Positions 26,045 to 35,025 of a stretch of 53,301 bases of DNA are shown here, piece by piece. A program made the position numbers and the translations under genes. Each line of letters begins with the position of its first letter. Position 1 is the first letter of the stretch. The notes below the pieces were generated by a model that was not told the DNA's origin, ran no database searches, and was given only the letters and a program-made list of their open reading frames with translations. Source of the stretch: Alphaproteobacteria bacterium (GTDB lineage: Bacteria > Pseudomonadota > Alphaproteobacteria > JALCBB01); assembly GCA_028066985.1 (NCBI GenBank), contig JALCBB010000001.1, positions 1-53,301 of the forward strand. Reading direction: 5' to 3'.

Positions 26045-27259
26045 ATGAAAAAGATTTCGGTCAAAGGCTCCGTGGTTGAGTTGGACGGCGACGAGATGAC
26101 GCGCGTCATCTGGCGCGAAATCCGCGAGAAGTTGATCCTGCCGTTTCTGGATGTGGACCTGGTGTATTTTGATCTGGGTCTGCCTTCGCGCGACAAGACC
26201 TCCGACAAGGTGACGCTGGACGCGGCGGCGGCGATACGCGAGCATCGCGTGGGCGTGAAGTGCGCGACGATCACGCCGAACGCCGAGCGTGTTGAAGAGT
26301 TCGGACTCAAGGAGATGTGGCGCTCGCCGAACGGCACGATCCGCAATTATCTGAACGGCACGGTGTTTCGGGAGGCGATTATCTGTCGGAATGTGCCGCG
26401 TCTTGTTCCGAACTGGACGCGTCCGATTATTGTGGCGCGTCATGCGTATGGCGATCAGTATCGCGCGACGGACATGCGGATCGCGGGGCGCGGTGTTTTG
26501 TCTATGCGCTTTGAGCCTGAGAACGGCGGCGAGGCGACGGAGATGGTGGTGCGCGAGTTTCCCGGAGGCGGCGTGGCGCTGTCTATGTTCAACGAGGACG
26601 AGTCTATGGAGGGCTTTGCGCGCGCGTGTTTCAGTTATGCGCTGGAGCGGGGTGTGGATGTGTATTTTTCCACGAAGGACACGATTTTGAAGGTTTATGA
26701 CGGACATTTCCGCGACTGTTTTCAGGCGGTGTTTGACGGCGAGTTCGCGGAGTTGTTTCGGGAGCGCGGGTTGAAGTACGAGCATCGTCTGATTGACGAC
26801 ATGGTTGCGTCCGCGTTGAAGTGGTCTGGCGGTTATTTGTGGGCGTGCAAGAATTATGATGGAGATGTGCAGTCTGACATGATTGCGCAGGGTTTCGGTT
26901 CTTTGGGTCTGATGACATCGGTTTTGCTGACGCCGGACGGACGGGTTGTTGAGGCGGAGGCGGCGCATGGCACGGTGACGCGGCATTTTCGGATGCATGA
27001 GCGCGGCGAGGCGACGAGCACGAATCCGATGGCGACGATTTTCGCGTGGACGCGGGCGTTGGGGTGGCGCGGACGGTTTGACGGCACTCCGGAGGTTGTG
27101 GAGTTTGCGGGGAAGTTGGAGGGTGTGTGTGTGGGCGCGATAGAGTCCGGGAAGATGACGAAGGATCTGGCTTTGCTGGTGGGTCCTGAGCAGGGCTGGA
27201 TGGAGACCTTCGCGTATCTGGACTACCTTGCCGAGCGTTTAAGCGAAGCCCTTAATTAA
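26045..27259 (+). CDS. icd: NADP-dependent isocitrate dehydrogenase (404-aa homodimeric, eukaryote-like subtype)
   Basis: N-terminus MKKISVKGSVVELDGDEMTRVIWREIREKLILPFLDVDL plus NYDGDVQSD and GTVTRH motifs. Confidence 0.95.
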   Translation: MKKISVKGSVVELDGDEMTRVIWREIREKLILPFLDVDLVYFDLGLPSRDKTSDKVTLDAAAAIREHRVGVKCATITPNAERVEEFGLKEMWRSPNGTIRNYLNGTVFREAIICRNVPRLVPNWTRPIIVARHAYGDQYRATDMRIAGRGVLSMRFEPENGGEATEMVVREFPGGGVALSMFNEDESMEGFARACFSYALERGVDVYFSTKDTILKVYDGHFRDCFQAVFDGEFAELFRERGLKYEHRLIDDMVASALKWSGGYLWACKNYDGDVQSDMIAQGFGSLGLMTSVLLTPDGRVVEAEAAHGTVTRHFRMHERGEATSTNPMATIFAWTRALGWRGRFDGTPEVVEFAGKLEGVCVGAIESGKMTKDLALLVGPEQGWMETFAYLDYLAERLSEALN

Positions 27260-27597
27260 AGGGACAAGCGAAGTGCGACCTTTGGCATTAGTGGGCGTTT
27301 GACTAAGACATTCACGATGTCGGCTCAAGCGAAAACACGCCAACTAATGGGTGCGGGCTAGCCCGCAAAAAAATAAATAATAATTTATTGACTATTTAAG
27401 GGGTCAATTAAATAAATTGCTTTCTTATTAATTGACAAATAATGGAATGGTTATTGTCTATTAAATTAATTCTTTTAATTTTATTTTTTTGCAGGCAGCG
27501 CCTGCGGGCATCAGCGGGTATCGCTCGCTTGAGCCGACATCGTGACTAGTCTTAGTCACACGCCCACTAATGCCAAGGATCAGTCTTCGGAGTCGTC
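27260..27597. mobile_element. Composite mosaic palindromic element (MITE-like), between convergent icd and the RND permease
   Basis: Left arm: AGGGACAAGCGAAG, GGCATTAGTGGG 27284-27295, GACTAAGACATTCACGATG, GCTCAAGCGA, hairpin GCGGGCTAGCCCGC 27353-27366. AT core 27367-27490. Right arm: hairpin GCAGGCAGCGCCTGC 27491-27505, GCTTGAGCC, CCCACTAATGCC 27563-27574. Confidence 0.7.
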
Positions 27598-30500
27598 GTC
27601 TTCACGACGGGCGCCGAAAAGACGGGAAAGTAAGGAGCGGCGGGGGCGGGACTCCTCCGATGTCGGCGGGTCGTCTGAGCCAGCCCAACTGAACTCTCCG
27701 CCAGACACAGACACCGATACAGCCTCAGCCGCAACTCCAGCCAAAACACCGCGAGAAGTCGCCTCCAAAACAGCCAGCCGGCGTCCCTCCTTCTTGCTCC
27801 GACGGCGGCGGGCGCGCTCCTCCATGCGTCCCTTGTAAACCAAAGCCGACGGCGTCACCAGCAAAGTCAAAGGCGTCGCGAAGAACAAGCCGAACACAAT
27901 CACCGTGGATAACTGCACCCACCACAACGCGCTCGGCGAATTGTAGGTCACCGTCCGCTCAATGAAGTCAAAGTTCAACTTCAGCACCAGCGGCATCAAA
28001 CCCAGAATCGTCGTGCAAGCCGTCAGCAACACAGGACGCATGCGCTGCGCCCCCGTTCGCAAAATTGCCTCCGTCACATCCAGACCCGAACGCCGCAAAC
28101 CCTCATAGGTGTCAATCAACACAATGTTGTTGTTCACAATAATCCCCGCCAGCGCAATCACACCAATCCCGCACATCACAATCCCGAACGGCTGCCCCGT
28201 TATCAGCAGTCCAAGCATCACACCCGTCGTCGACATGATCACCGCCGACAATATCAATAACGCCGAGAAAAACGAGTTGAACTGCGTCACCAGAATCACA
28301 GCCATCAACGCCATCGCCACCATGAAGGCGCGCACCAGAAACGCCTGCGCCTCCATCTCCTCCACATTCTCGCCCACAAACTCATAACGAACACTCGGAT
28401 CCAGGTCCGCCTCGGCAAGCAAAGCCTCAAGTTCCGCCTGCTTCGCCGACACCAGAAATTCACGACCCGTCGCCGGATCTATGCCGACATTCGCCTCCAC
28501 CGTCACCACACGGCGCTGATCCACACGGCTGAAGACCGTGTCCGCGGGCTTCGTCTCCAGATCCACAAACGACGAAATCGGCACCAGGCCGCTGCGCGTC
28601 TGAATCCGCAACTGCTGCAACTGCGAAGTGTTGCGATAGTCAAGCGGCACGCGCGCGATGATGTCCACCTCCTCGGTCGTGTGATCCGGACGGTAACTCG
28701 CCAGTTTCAAACCGCCCGTGAACATCTCCACATAGTTCCCCACCAGCGACAAATTCGCGCCGAAACGCTCGGCCGCCGTCCGATCGACGATGAGTTCAAC
28801 ACCGAGTTCGGGCGGAGGCAGCGAGTCCTCAATGTCAACCACGCCGCCGGCGCTCTCCATCAGCGCGCGCACCCGCGCCGCCGTCGCCGGCAGAATCTCG
28901 GGCGAATTAGAAGTCAGACGCACCACAAGCGGCTTGCCCTCGCCGCCGGGACCCTCTTCGTCGGCCTGCGGCTCAATGACAATCCCCGCGAGATGCAGGG
29001 TGCGCTCGCGTATCTCTTCCAGAATCACCGTCGCCGGACGGCGCAGGTTGCTGTCCACGAGTTCAATCGTGATGTTGCCGATGATGTCGCTGTCGCTCTG
29101 TCCGGACACCTGACTCACCGTATACACCGACCCCATCTCGCCGTTCTCAATCGCGAGTTTCAGAATTTCAGCCTCGGCTTCGCGCACGAGATGATCGCGC
29201 TCCACCGCCGAAAAATTGCCCTGCGCGCGCACATGAATCACCGCCTGATCCGGCTCGGTCGCCGGGAAAAACTCCGTGCCCTGTCCGGAACGGCTGTAGG
29301 CGAAGAACGAACCCACCAGCACCGCCGCCGCCGCCAGCACCACAAGCGACGGAAAGCGTATCAGTCGCCGCAAAAGACGAATATACGCGCCCGTGAAGCC
29401 CTTCACCGCGTTCAGGTCGCCGCCGCGAGCGATCGCGCGCGCCGTCTTCACGCTCTCGTCCGTGCGCGCCTTGCCGAAAATGGAGCCTATCGTCGGCAGG
29501 AAAATTAGCGCCATGAACAGCGCCGCCGTAAGCACGATGATCTGCGTTATCGGCAGGAACTTCATAAACTCGCCCACCGTGCCGGGCCAGAACGCCAGCG
29601 GCAGAAACGCGCACAGGGTCGTCGCCGTGGACGAGGTGATCGGCCAGAACATTCGGTGCGACGCCTCGCGGAACGCCTCCTCGGCGGTCTTGCCCTCGGA
29701 CATCTTGCGGTCGGCGAACTCGGTCATCACGATGGAGCCGTCAACGAGGAGTCCGACCGACAAAATCAGCGCGAAGAGAACCACGATGTTAAGCGTGAAG
29801 CCGATGCTGCTGATCACCATGAACGCCACGAGCAGCGACGCCGGAATCGCGAAGCCGACCAGCAGCGCCGTGCGGAGTCCGATGGTGGCGATGAGAACAG
29901 TGACCACGAGCAGAATAGATGTCACGACCGAATTGCCGAGGTCGCTGATGATGCGGCGGATGTCGACGGACTCGTCGCCGCTGAAGGCGTAGGTCACGCC
30001 GGGGGGCCACTTTTTGCTCTCCTCTTCAACGACGATCTTCGCCTGGTCGATGGTTTCAATGATGTTCGTGCCGATGCGCTTCGTGATCTCAACGGAGACG
30101 CTGTTCTGTCCGTTGACGCGGACGAAGGAGTCCGGCTCGCGGAAGGTCGGGCGCACGATGGCGATGTCGCCGACGGTGACTTCTCTGTCGCCGTTGACGC
30201 GCAGGGGCAGGTCGATGATTTCTTCGTAGGAGCGGTAGAGACCCGGCACGCGGACGGCGAAGCGTCCGGCGCCTGTATCCAGGGTGCCGGCGGTGATGAC
30301 CTGGTTGTTGCTTGCGACCGCGGCGAGGACGGTGTCGGCTTCAAGTCCGTAGGACTCGAGTTTGACGGGGTCAATGATGACTTCGACCTGTTCGGGCAGG
30401 GTGCCGAAGACATCCGCGGTCAGGACGTTGGTGAGCGACTCCAGCGAGTCGGAGAGGTCTACCGCGACCTGGCGGATCACGCGTTCGGGCAGGCTGCTGG

Positions 30501-30933
30501 ACAGCGTGACGGTGATGATCGGAAACAGCGAGAGGTTGACTTCGCTGACGGTGGGTTCGTCGGCGTCGGCGGGGAGGTCGACGGCGACTTCGTCGCTGGC
30601 GACGCGGACGTCGTCCAGGGCGGTGTCAATGCTGTATCCGGCGGCGAATTCCAGTTGAACGAAGCCGCCGCCGGAGTATGCGGCGGAGGTCATTTCAATG
30701 ACGCCTTCCACGGCGCGCATTTTATTTTCCATGGGGCGGACGAGGAGTCGTTCGGAGTCTTCGGGCGAGATGCCGCGCTGGCTCATGCTGATGTAGAGGA
30801 TGGGGATCTGGACGTCGGGCTCGGACTCTCTGGGGATGGAGAGCATGGAGAGGTATCCGGAGATGAGGAAGATGAAGAGCAGCCCGAGGGTGGAGCGCTT
30901 GCGGAGGAGGGCGGCGTCAATGAGGTGGCTCAT
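27580..30933 (-). CDS. Efflux RND transporter permease subunit (AcrB/HAE1-like)
   Basis: 1117 aa, 12-TM RND architecture with two large periplasmic loops. The low-complexity C-terminal tail has its last codons and stop inside the element end. Confidence 0.95.
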   Translation of the reverse strand: MSHLIDAALLRKRSTLGLLFIFLISGYLSMLSIPRESEPDVQIPILYISMSQRGISPEDSERLLVRPMENKMRAVEGVIEMTSAAYSGGGFVQLEFAAGYSIDTALDDVRVASDEVAVDLPADADEPTVSEVNLSLFPIITVTLSSSLPERVIRQVAVDLSDSLESLTNVLTADVFGTLPEQVEVIIDPVKLESYGLEADTVLAAVASNNQVITAGTLDTGAGRFAVRVPGLYRSYEEIIDLPLRVNGDREVTVGDIAIVRPTFREPDSFVRVNGQNSVSVEITKRIGTNIIETIDQAKIVVEEESKKWPPGVTYAFSGDESVDIRRIISDLGNSVVTSILLVVTVLIATIGLRTALLVGFAIPASLLVAFMVISSIGFTLNIVVLFALILSVGLLVDGSIVMTEFADRKMSEGKTAEEAFREASHRMFWPITSSTATTLCAFLPLAFWPGTVGEFMKFLPITQIIVLTAALFMALIFLPTIGSIFGKARTDESVKTARAIARGGDLNAVKGFTGAYIRLLRRLIRFPSLVVLAAAAVLVGSFFAYSRSGQGTEFFPATEPDQAVIHVRAQGNFSAVERDHLVREAEAEILKLAIENGEMGSVYTVSQVSGQSDSDIIGNITIELVDSNLRRPATVILEEIRERTLHLAGIVIEPQADEEGPGGEGKPLVVRLTSNSPEILPATAARVRALMESAGGVVDIEDSLPPPELGVELIVDRTAAERFGANLSLVGNYVEMFTGGLKLASYRPDHTTEEVDIIARVPLDYRNTSQLQQLRIQTRSGLVPISSFVDLETKPADTVFSRVDQRRVVTVEANVGIDPATGREFLVSAKQAELEALLAEADLDPSVRYEFVGENVEEMEAQAFLVRAFMVAMALMAVILVTQFNSFFSALLILSAVIMSTTGVMLGLLITGQPFGIVMCGIGVIALAGIIVNNNIVLIDTYEGLRRSGLDVTEAILRTGAQRMRPVLLTACTTILGLMPLVLKLNFDFIERTVTYNSPSALWWVQLSTVIVFGLFFATPLTLLVTPSALVYKGRMEERARRRRSKKEGRRLAVLEATSRGVLAGVAAEAVSVSVSGGEFSWAGSDDPPTSEESRPRRSLLSRLFGARREDDDSED

Positions 30934-30951
30934 GGCGCGACCTTTCCGAGT

Positions 30952-31228
30952 CCGGTGGGAGCAGCCCCTGGCATTAGCGGGCGAGGAATCCAGGCTTGCC
31001 GTGACGGCCGCTCAAGCGAGCGACGCCCGCTGATGCCCGCGGGCGCTGCCCGCAAAAAATTAAATTTTAATGGACAGACGATGAATGGACGAACCGTCGG
31101 GCGGCTGTCTGTCCATTTATTTTTTTTGTCGGCAGCGCCGACAGGCGACAGTGGGTGCGGCTCGCTTGAGCCGACGCCGTTAACAGTCAATGACACCCCG
31201 CCCACTAATGCCAAGGGCGGTGCCATGG
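30952..31228. mobile_element. Composite palindromic element with a variant core, intercistronic in the RND operon
   Basis: GGCATTAGCGGG 30970-30981, CCCGCTGATGCC 31026-31037, hairpin GCGGGCGCTGCCCGC 31039-31053. The core holds a 9-bp stem TGGACAGAC 31071-31079 / GTCTGTCCA 31107-31115. Second hairpin GTCGGCAGCGCCGAC 31128-31142; CCCACTAATGCC 31201-31212. Confidence 0.7.
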
Positions 31229-31272
31229 AAAGTCCAAAGGCGGCACTGACGAATGACAGAAACTTGCCCATA

Positions 31273-32394
31273 TCAGCCGCCGTCCACAACCGCGTCAACC
31301 TCCTCCTGCGTCACCACCTTCACCAACTGACCATCCTGTATCCACGACTGACCCACCGTCACCACACGCAACTCCCCAGGCATACCGCTCACCCACGCGC
31401 CCCCCGCATCCTGATCCACAATCTCAATAGAATGAAACCGCGCAGTGTCACTGTCATCCACCCCGTACACGCCCAGCACGCCGGAGTCGTTCAACACAAT
31501 GATCCCCGGCGAAATCCGATGCAACGCGCGCGGCTCCTGACGCAACAACACCCGCGCCGTCGCCCCCGCAGGATACACACCATCCGGATTCGCAGCCTCC
31601 GCCTCTATCCGAAATGTCCGCGTCGCCGGATCCGCAATCCGCGAAATGAAACTCACCTCGCCCGTCACCACACCGCCGAAAACAAGTTCCGCCTCCACCC
31701 GATCACCAAGCCGCACCTGCCCGAGTTCATCCTCGCTGACAGAGAAGGTCAATTTCAACGGGTCAAGGTCAAGCAGCCGCGCAACCTCGCTGCCCGGCGA
31801 AACATAGTCGCCCACCTCAACCAGCACATCCTCCAGCACCGCGCCGAACGGAGCGTCAATCACCAGCCGCCGCAACTCCAAAGTCGCGCGCTCCAACTGC
31901 GCGCGCGCGCTCGCCAATGTCGCCGTCGCCGCGTTCAACTGCATCTCCGAACGCAAACCCTCGTCGTACAGACGCCGCGTCGCCTTGAAATCACTCTCGG
32001 CCTGATCCAACTGCGCGCGCGCGTCCGCCAGTGTCGCCGGACGATCCTGCTCGGTGAGCCGAAGCAAAGCCGTCCCGCCGGCGACAGCGTCGCCCGCCTC
32101 AACAAGTATCTCCTCAACGCGTCCGCTGATCTCGCTCTGCAGACGAAGGTCGCGGCGCGCCTCGGTGCGTCCGGCAACCTCAAGCACGCCGACATGCGGA
32201 CGCGCCGTCAGCGTCTCAACACGCACCTCAAGGGCGGTGACCTCGGCGTCCTGAATGACGACAGGGGCGACCTGCGGCGTGACAGGCTGTCCCTGCCGCG
32301 CGACGGTGCCGGAGTATATCCAGAGTCCCGCAGCGGCAATCACCGCAACCGCTATCGTGCGCGGACTCTTCACAAACGCCACTAGAAATCTCAC
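31273..32394 (-). CDS. Efflux RND transporter periplasmic adaptor subunit (MFP/HlyD family)
   Basis: 373 aa with an N-terminal anchor, coiled-coil hairpin and beta-barrel regions; immediately upstream of the RND permease on the same strand. Confidence 0.9.
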   Translation of the reverse strand: MRFLVAFVKSPRTIAVAVIAAAGLWIYSGTVARQGQPVTPQVAPVVIQDAEVTALEVRVETLTARPHVGVLEVAGRTEARRDLRLQSEISGRVEEILVEAGDAVAGGTALLRLTEQDRPATLADARAQLDQAESDFKATRRLYDEGLRSEMQLNAATATLASARAQLERATLELRRLVIDAPFGAVLEDVLVEVGDYVSPGSEVARLLDLDPLKLTFSVSEDELGQVRLGDRVEAELVFGGVVTGEVSFISRIADPATRTFRIEAEAANPDGVYPAGATARVLLRQEPRALHRISPGIIVLNDSGVLGVYGVDDSDTARFHSIEIVDQDAGGAWVSGMPGELRVVTVGQSWIQDGQLVKVVTQEEVDAVVDGG

Positions 32395-32496
32395 GGGTTA
32401 ACTCTCCATGCTCGTGGACAAATGCCGCTGATTCCTCCTCGTGGGCGTCGCCACTCTAGCACTCCGCCGCGCAACGGGCAAGGGGGCGGAAAAGGC

Positions 32497-33684
32497 TTAT
32501 TCGCGGCGGCGGAAGGCAGTCCAGAAGGCGAGAAAAACGAGGGGCATCGCCGAAAGGCAGTATAGCATCCAGTCTGGCCCGCCCGCCTCCATCGCCGCGC
32601 CGATCACAGGCGGACCCGCCACAACTCCCGCGCTGAACATCACAATATATAAGCCGTTGGCGCGGGCGATGTCCTGGGCGCGGGTGCGCTCGGCGAGGAC
32701 GGCGAGAGCGAGCGTGTAAATGGAGAAGACCGCGCCTCCCCAGAGCAGAAAGACCAGAAACAGCGCGGCGCCTTCAAAGTCGGTGAGCGCGAGCGACAGC
32801 GGCAGAACACACGCCGACAGCAGCACAAACACCAAAACCCGCGCCGGACGCAACTTGTCGCCGACCCATCCGACCGGCAACTGCCACAGCGCGCAGCCGA
32901 GCGCGAACGCGAAGAGCGCGCTGACGGTCAGAGTTTCAGACCATCCGTTGCGGAGACCCCACACCGCGCCGAGGGCGAGCGGCGTCTCCTCGGCGGCGCC
33001 CGCGAGGAAGGCGAGGCCCGCGAGCATCGGCATTGACTTCAAGAGACGCCGCGAAAATATCGCCTCGCGCATCGGCAGGTCGGGCAGAATGGCGCGGTTG
33101 CCGCGCACGATTAAAAAGACGACGAAGAAGAGTCCCGCCGGCAGGAGCATTAATCTGTGGTCGCTGCCGAGGAGTCCGATAAGGAGCGGGCCCGAAAAAT
33201 ATCCGAACGCGACGACGGCGCCGTAGACGCCGAGAAAAAATGTGCGCTTCTTCGGCGGCGCGAGCGACATGATCCACGCCTCGGAATAAACCCACTGCGC
33301 CGCGAACGACACGCCGAGAATGACGCGCAGGATGATCCATGTCCACGCGCCGAAATACGCCGCCGACAAAACGCAGCATACGCACGAGATCGCGATGCCC
33401 GTGTAGACAGTGCGCGCCGTCGCCACCCGCGACGACAGGAACGGCAGAAATAACATTCCGACGAGCGCGCCGAAAAATCCGGCGGAGGTGCAGATGCCGT
33501 TGAGCGTCGCGGAGTATCCGTTGCGCTCAAAGACCAGCGACGACAGCAGCGTGATGAACGATATGATGATTCCCACCGGATACGCGACAACAACCGCCAC
33601 CCAGAGCGCCTGCGGGGCTCCGAAAATGACGCGGCCGGCGGCGGGATTCATCGGGTTTATTTTCTCCTTGACCTGTGCTAGCAT
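32497..33684 (-). CDS. MFS transporter
   Basis: About 12 predicted TM helices. Start uncertain: ATG 33684 (MLAQVKEK) or 33651 is preferred over track start 33732, which would overlap msrP. Confidence 0.8.
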   Translation of the reverse strand: MLAQVKEKINPMNPAAGRVIFGAPQALWVAVVVAYPVGIIISFITLLSSLVFERNGYSATLNGICTSAGFFGALVGMLFLPFLSSRVATARTVYTGIAISCVCCVLSAAYFGAWTWIILRVILGVSFAAQWVYSEAWIMSLAPPKKRTFFLGVYGAVVAFGYFSGPLLIGLLGSDHRLMLLPAGLFFVVFLIVRGNRAILPDLPMREAIFSRRLLKSMPMLAGLAFLAGAAEETPLALGAVWGLRNGWSETLTVSALFAFALGCALWQLPVGWVGDKLRPARVLVFVLLSACVLPLSLALTDFEGAALFLVFLLWGGAVFSIYTLALAVLAERTRAQDIARANGLYIVMFSAGVVAGPPVIGAAMEAGGPDWMLYCLSAMPLVFLAFWTAFRRRE

Positions 33685-33716
33685 TGTTTCATCAGGATTC
33701 CCACACGGAGATCGCA

Positions 33717-34748
33717 ATGGCAACCCTCGCAAAAATACAGAAAAAGTCGCGGACGCGCAGTCCGCAGGCGGTCGTGCCGCCGCGCTGGCGGATGTCCGAG
33801 TCGGAGGCGACCGACGAGTCAGTCTGGCTCAAACGCCGCGCCCTCATGCAAGGCGGACTCATCGCGGGCGTCGCCGGCGCGGCGGGGGTGACGGCTCCGT
33901 TCGCGGACGGCGCGCGCGCGGCGACAGAAGAAGACCCGAGCGCGCATTTGCATCCCGCGCCGCGCAACGAGGCGTATGTGCTGGACCGTCCGCTCACGAC
34001 CGAGGAGGACGCCACGCAGTACAACAACTTCTACGAGTTCGGGTCGTCAAAGACGATTCACGAGAAGGCGCAGAAGTTGTATCTGCGTCCGTGGGACATT
34101 GAGATCACGGGGCTTGTGAAGAATCCGCGCACGATCGGCGTTGACGAGTTGTTTTCGCAGGTCAGTTTTGAGGAGCGTTTGTATCGTCTGCGTTGTGTTG
34201 AGGCGTGGGCGATGGCGTTGCCGTGGACGGGGTTTCCGATGCGTGATCTGGTCGCGCTTGCGGAGCCGCTCGGCTCGGCGAAGTATGTGAAGATGACGAC
34301 CCTTGAGGATCCGAAGGTGATGCGCGGACAGAAGGCGGTGTGGTATCCGTGGCCTTACATTGAGGGTTTGACGATGGACGAGGCGATGAACGAACTTGCG
34401 TTTATGGTGACGGGTTTGTATGGCAAGCCGTTGCCGAAGCAGAATGGCTCGCCGTTGCGTCTGGTGGTGCCGTGGAAGTATGGATTTAAGTCAATTAAGT
34501 CCATTGTGTCGTTTGAGTTCACGGAGGAGCGGCCGGTGAGTTTCTGGGAGGAGGTGCAGGGGAAGGAGTATGGTTTTTGGGCGAATGTGAATCCTGTGGT
34601 GCCGCATCCGCGCTGGAGTCAGGCGAGCGAGCGGATGATTGGTTCTAACGAGCGCCGTGACACGCTGTTGTTTAACGGGTATGGCGAGGAGGTCGCGCAC
34701 CTTTACGCCGGCCTTGAGGATGAGTTCGGCGACCTGCTCTACCGCTAG
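33717..34748 (+). CDS. msrP: Protein-methionine-sulfoxide reductase catalytic subunit MsrP (YedY-type molybdoenzyme)
   Basis: Tat-like signal (RRALMQGGLIAGVAGAAG) and hallmark YNNFYEFG; refined start ATG 33717. Confidence 0.9.
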   Translation: MATLAKIQKKSRTRSPQAVVPPRWRMSESEATDESVWLKRRALMQGGLIAGVAGAAGVTAPFADGARAATEEDPSAHLHPAPRNEAYVLDRPLTTEEDATQYNNFYEFGSSKTIHEKAQKLYLRPWDIEITGLVKNPRTIGVDELFSQVSFEERLYRLRCVEAWAMALPWTGFPMRDLVALAEPLGSAKYVKMTTLEDPKVMRGQKAVWYPWPYIEGLTMDEAMNELAFMVTGLYGKPLPKQNGSPLRLVVPWKYGFKSIKSIVSFEFTEERPVSFWEEVQGKEYGFWANVNPVVPHPRWSQASERMIGSNERRDTLLFNGYGEEVAHLYAGLEDEFGDLLYR

Positions 34749-34751
34749 AGC

Positions 34752-35025
34752 CTCCCCCGACGACCAGCCCTTGGCATTAGTGGGCGTTTGACTTAGACAG
34801 TCACGATGTTCGCTCAAGCGAGCCGCACCCACTGATGCCCGCAGGCGCTGCCTGCAAAAAAATAAATTAAAGATTAAATGGACTATTTAAGGGGTCAATT
34901 AAATAAATTGTTTTTTTATTTTTTAATTTTTTGCGGGCTAGCCCGCACCCATCTGCTGGCATCGTTCGCTTGAGCGGCTGTTGTGAATGTCTTAGTCAAA
35001 GTCTTACTAATGCCAAAGGCTGTTT
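34752..35025. mobile_element. Composite mosaic palindromic element (short core), between convergent msrP and hemB
   Basis: GGCATTAGTGGG 34773-34784, CCCACTGATGCC 34828-34839, hairpin GCAGGCGCTGCCTGC 34841-34855, core 34856-34932, hairpin GCGGGCTAGCCCGC 34933-34946, CTTACTAATGCC 35003-35014. Confidence 0.7.

Noticed and set aside
25445-26998. 517-aa minus-strand ORF overlapping the LOG and icd genes
   Set aside because: It is antisense to two genes with clear family motifs. The sequence is low-complexity and Arg/His/Leu-rich. The same reasoning applies to 4148-5101(-), 7387-8373(-), 8395-9456(-), 13123-15036(-), 14808-16448(-), 21212-22516(-), 24045-25223(+), 42667-43848(-), 48619-49692(-) and 51870-53135(-).
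29656-32385. 909-aa ORF on the plus strand across the RND permease, intercistronic repeat and adaptor genes
   Set aside because: It is antisense to the RND pair and runs straight through the repeat element. The composition is biased (R/G/D/H/A), with no domain signature.
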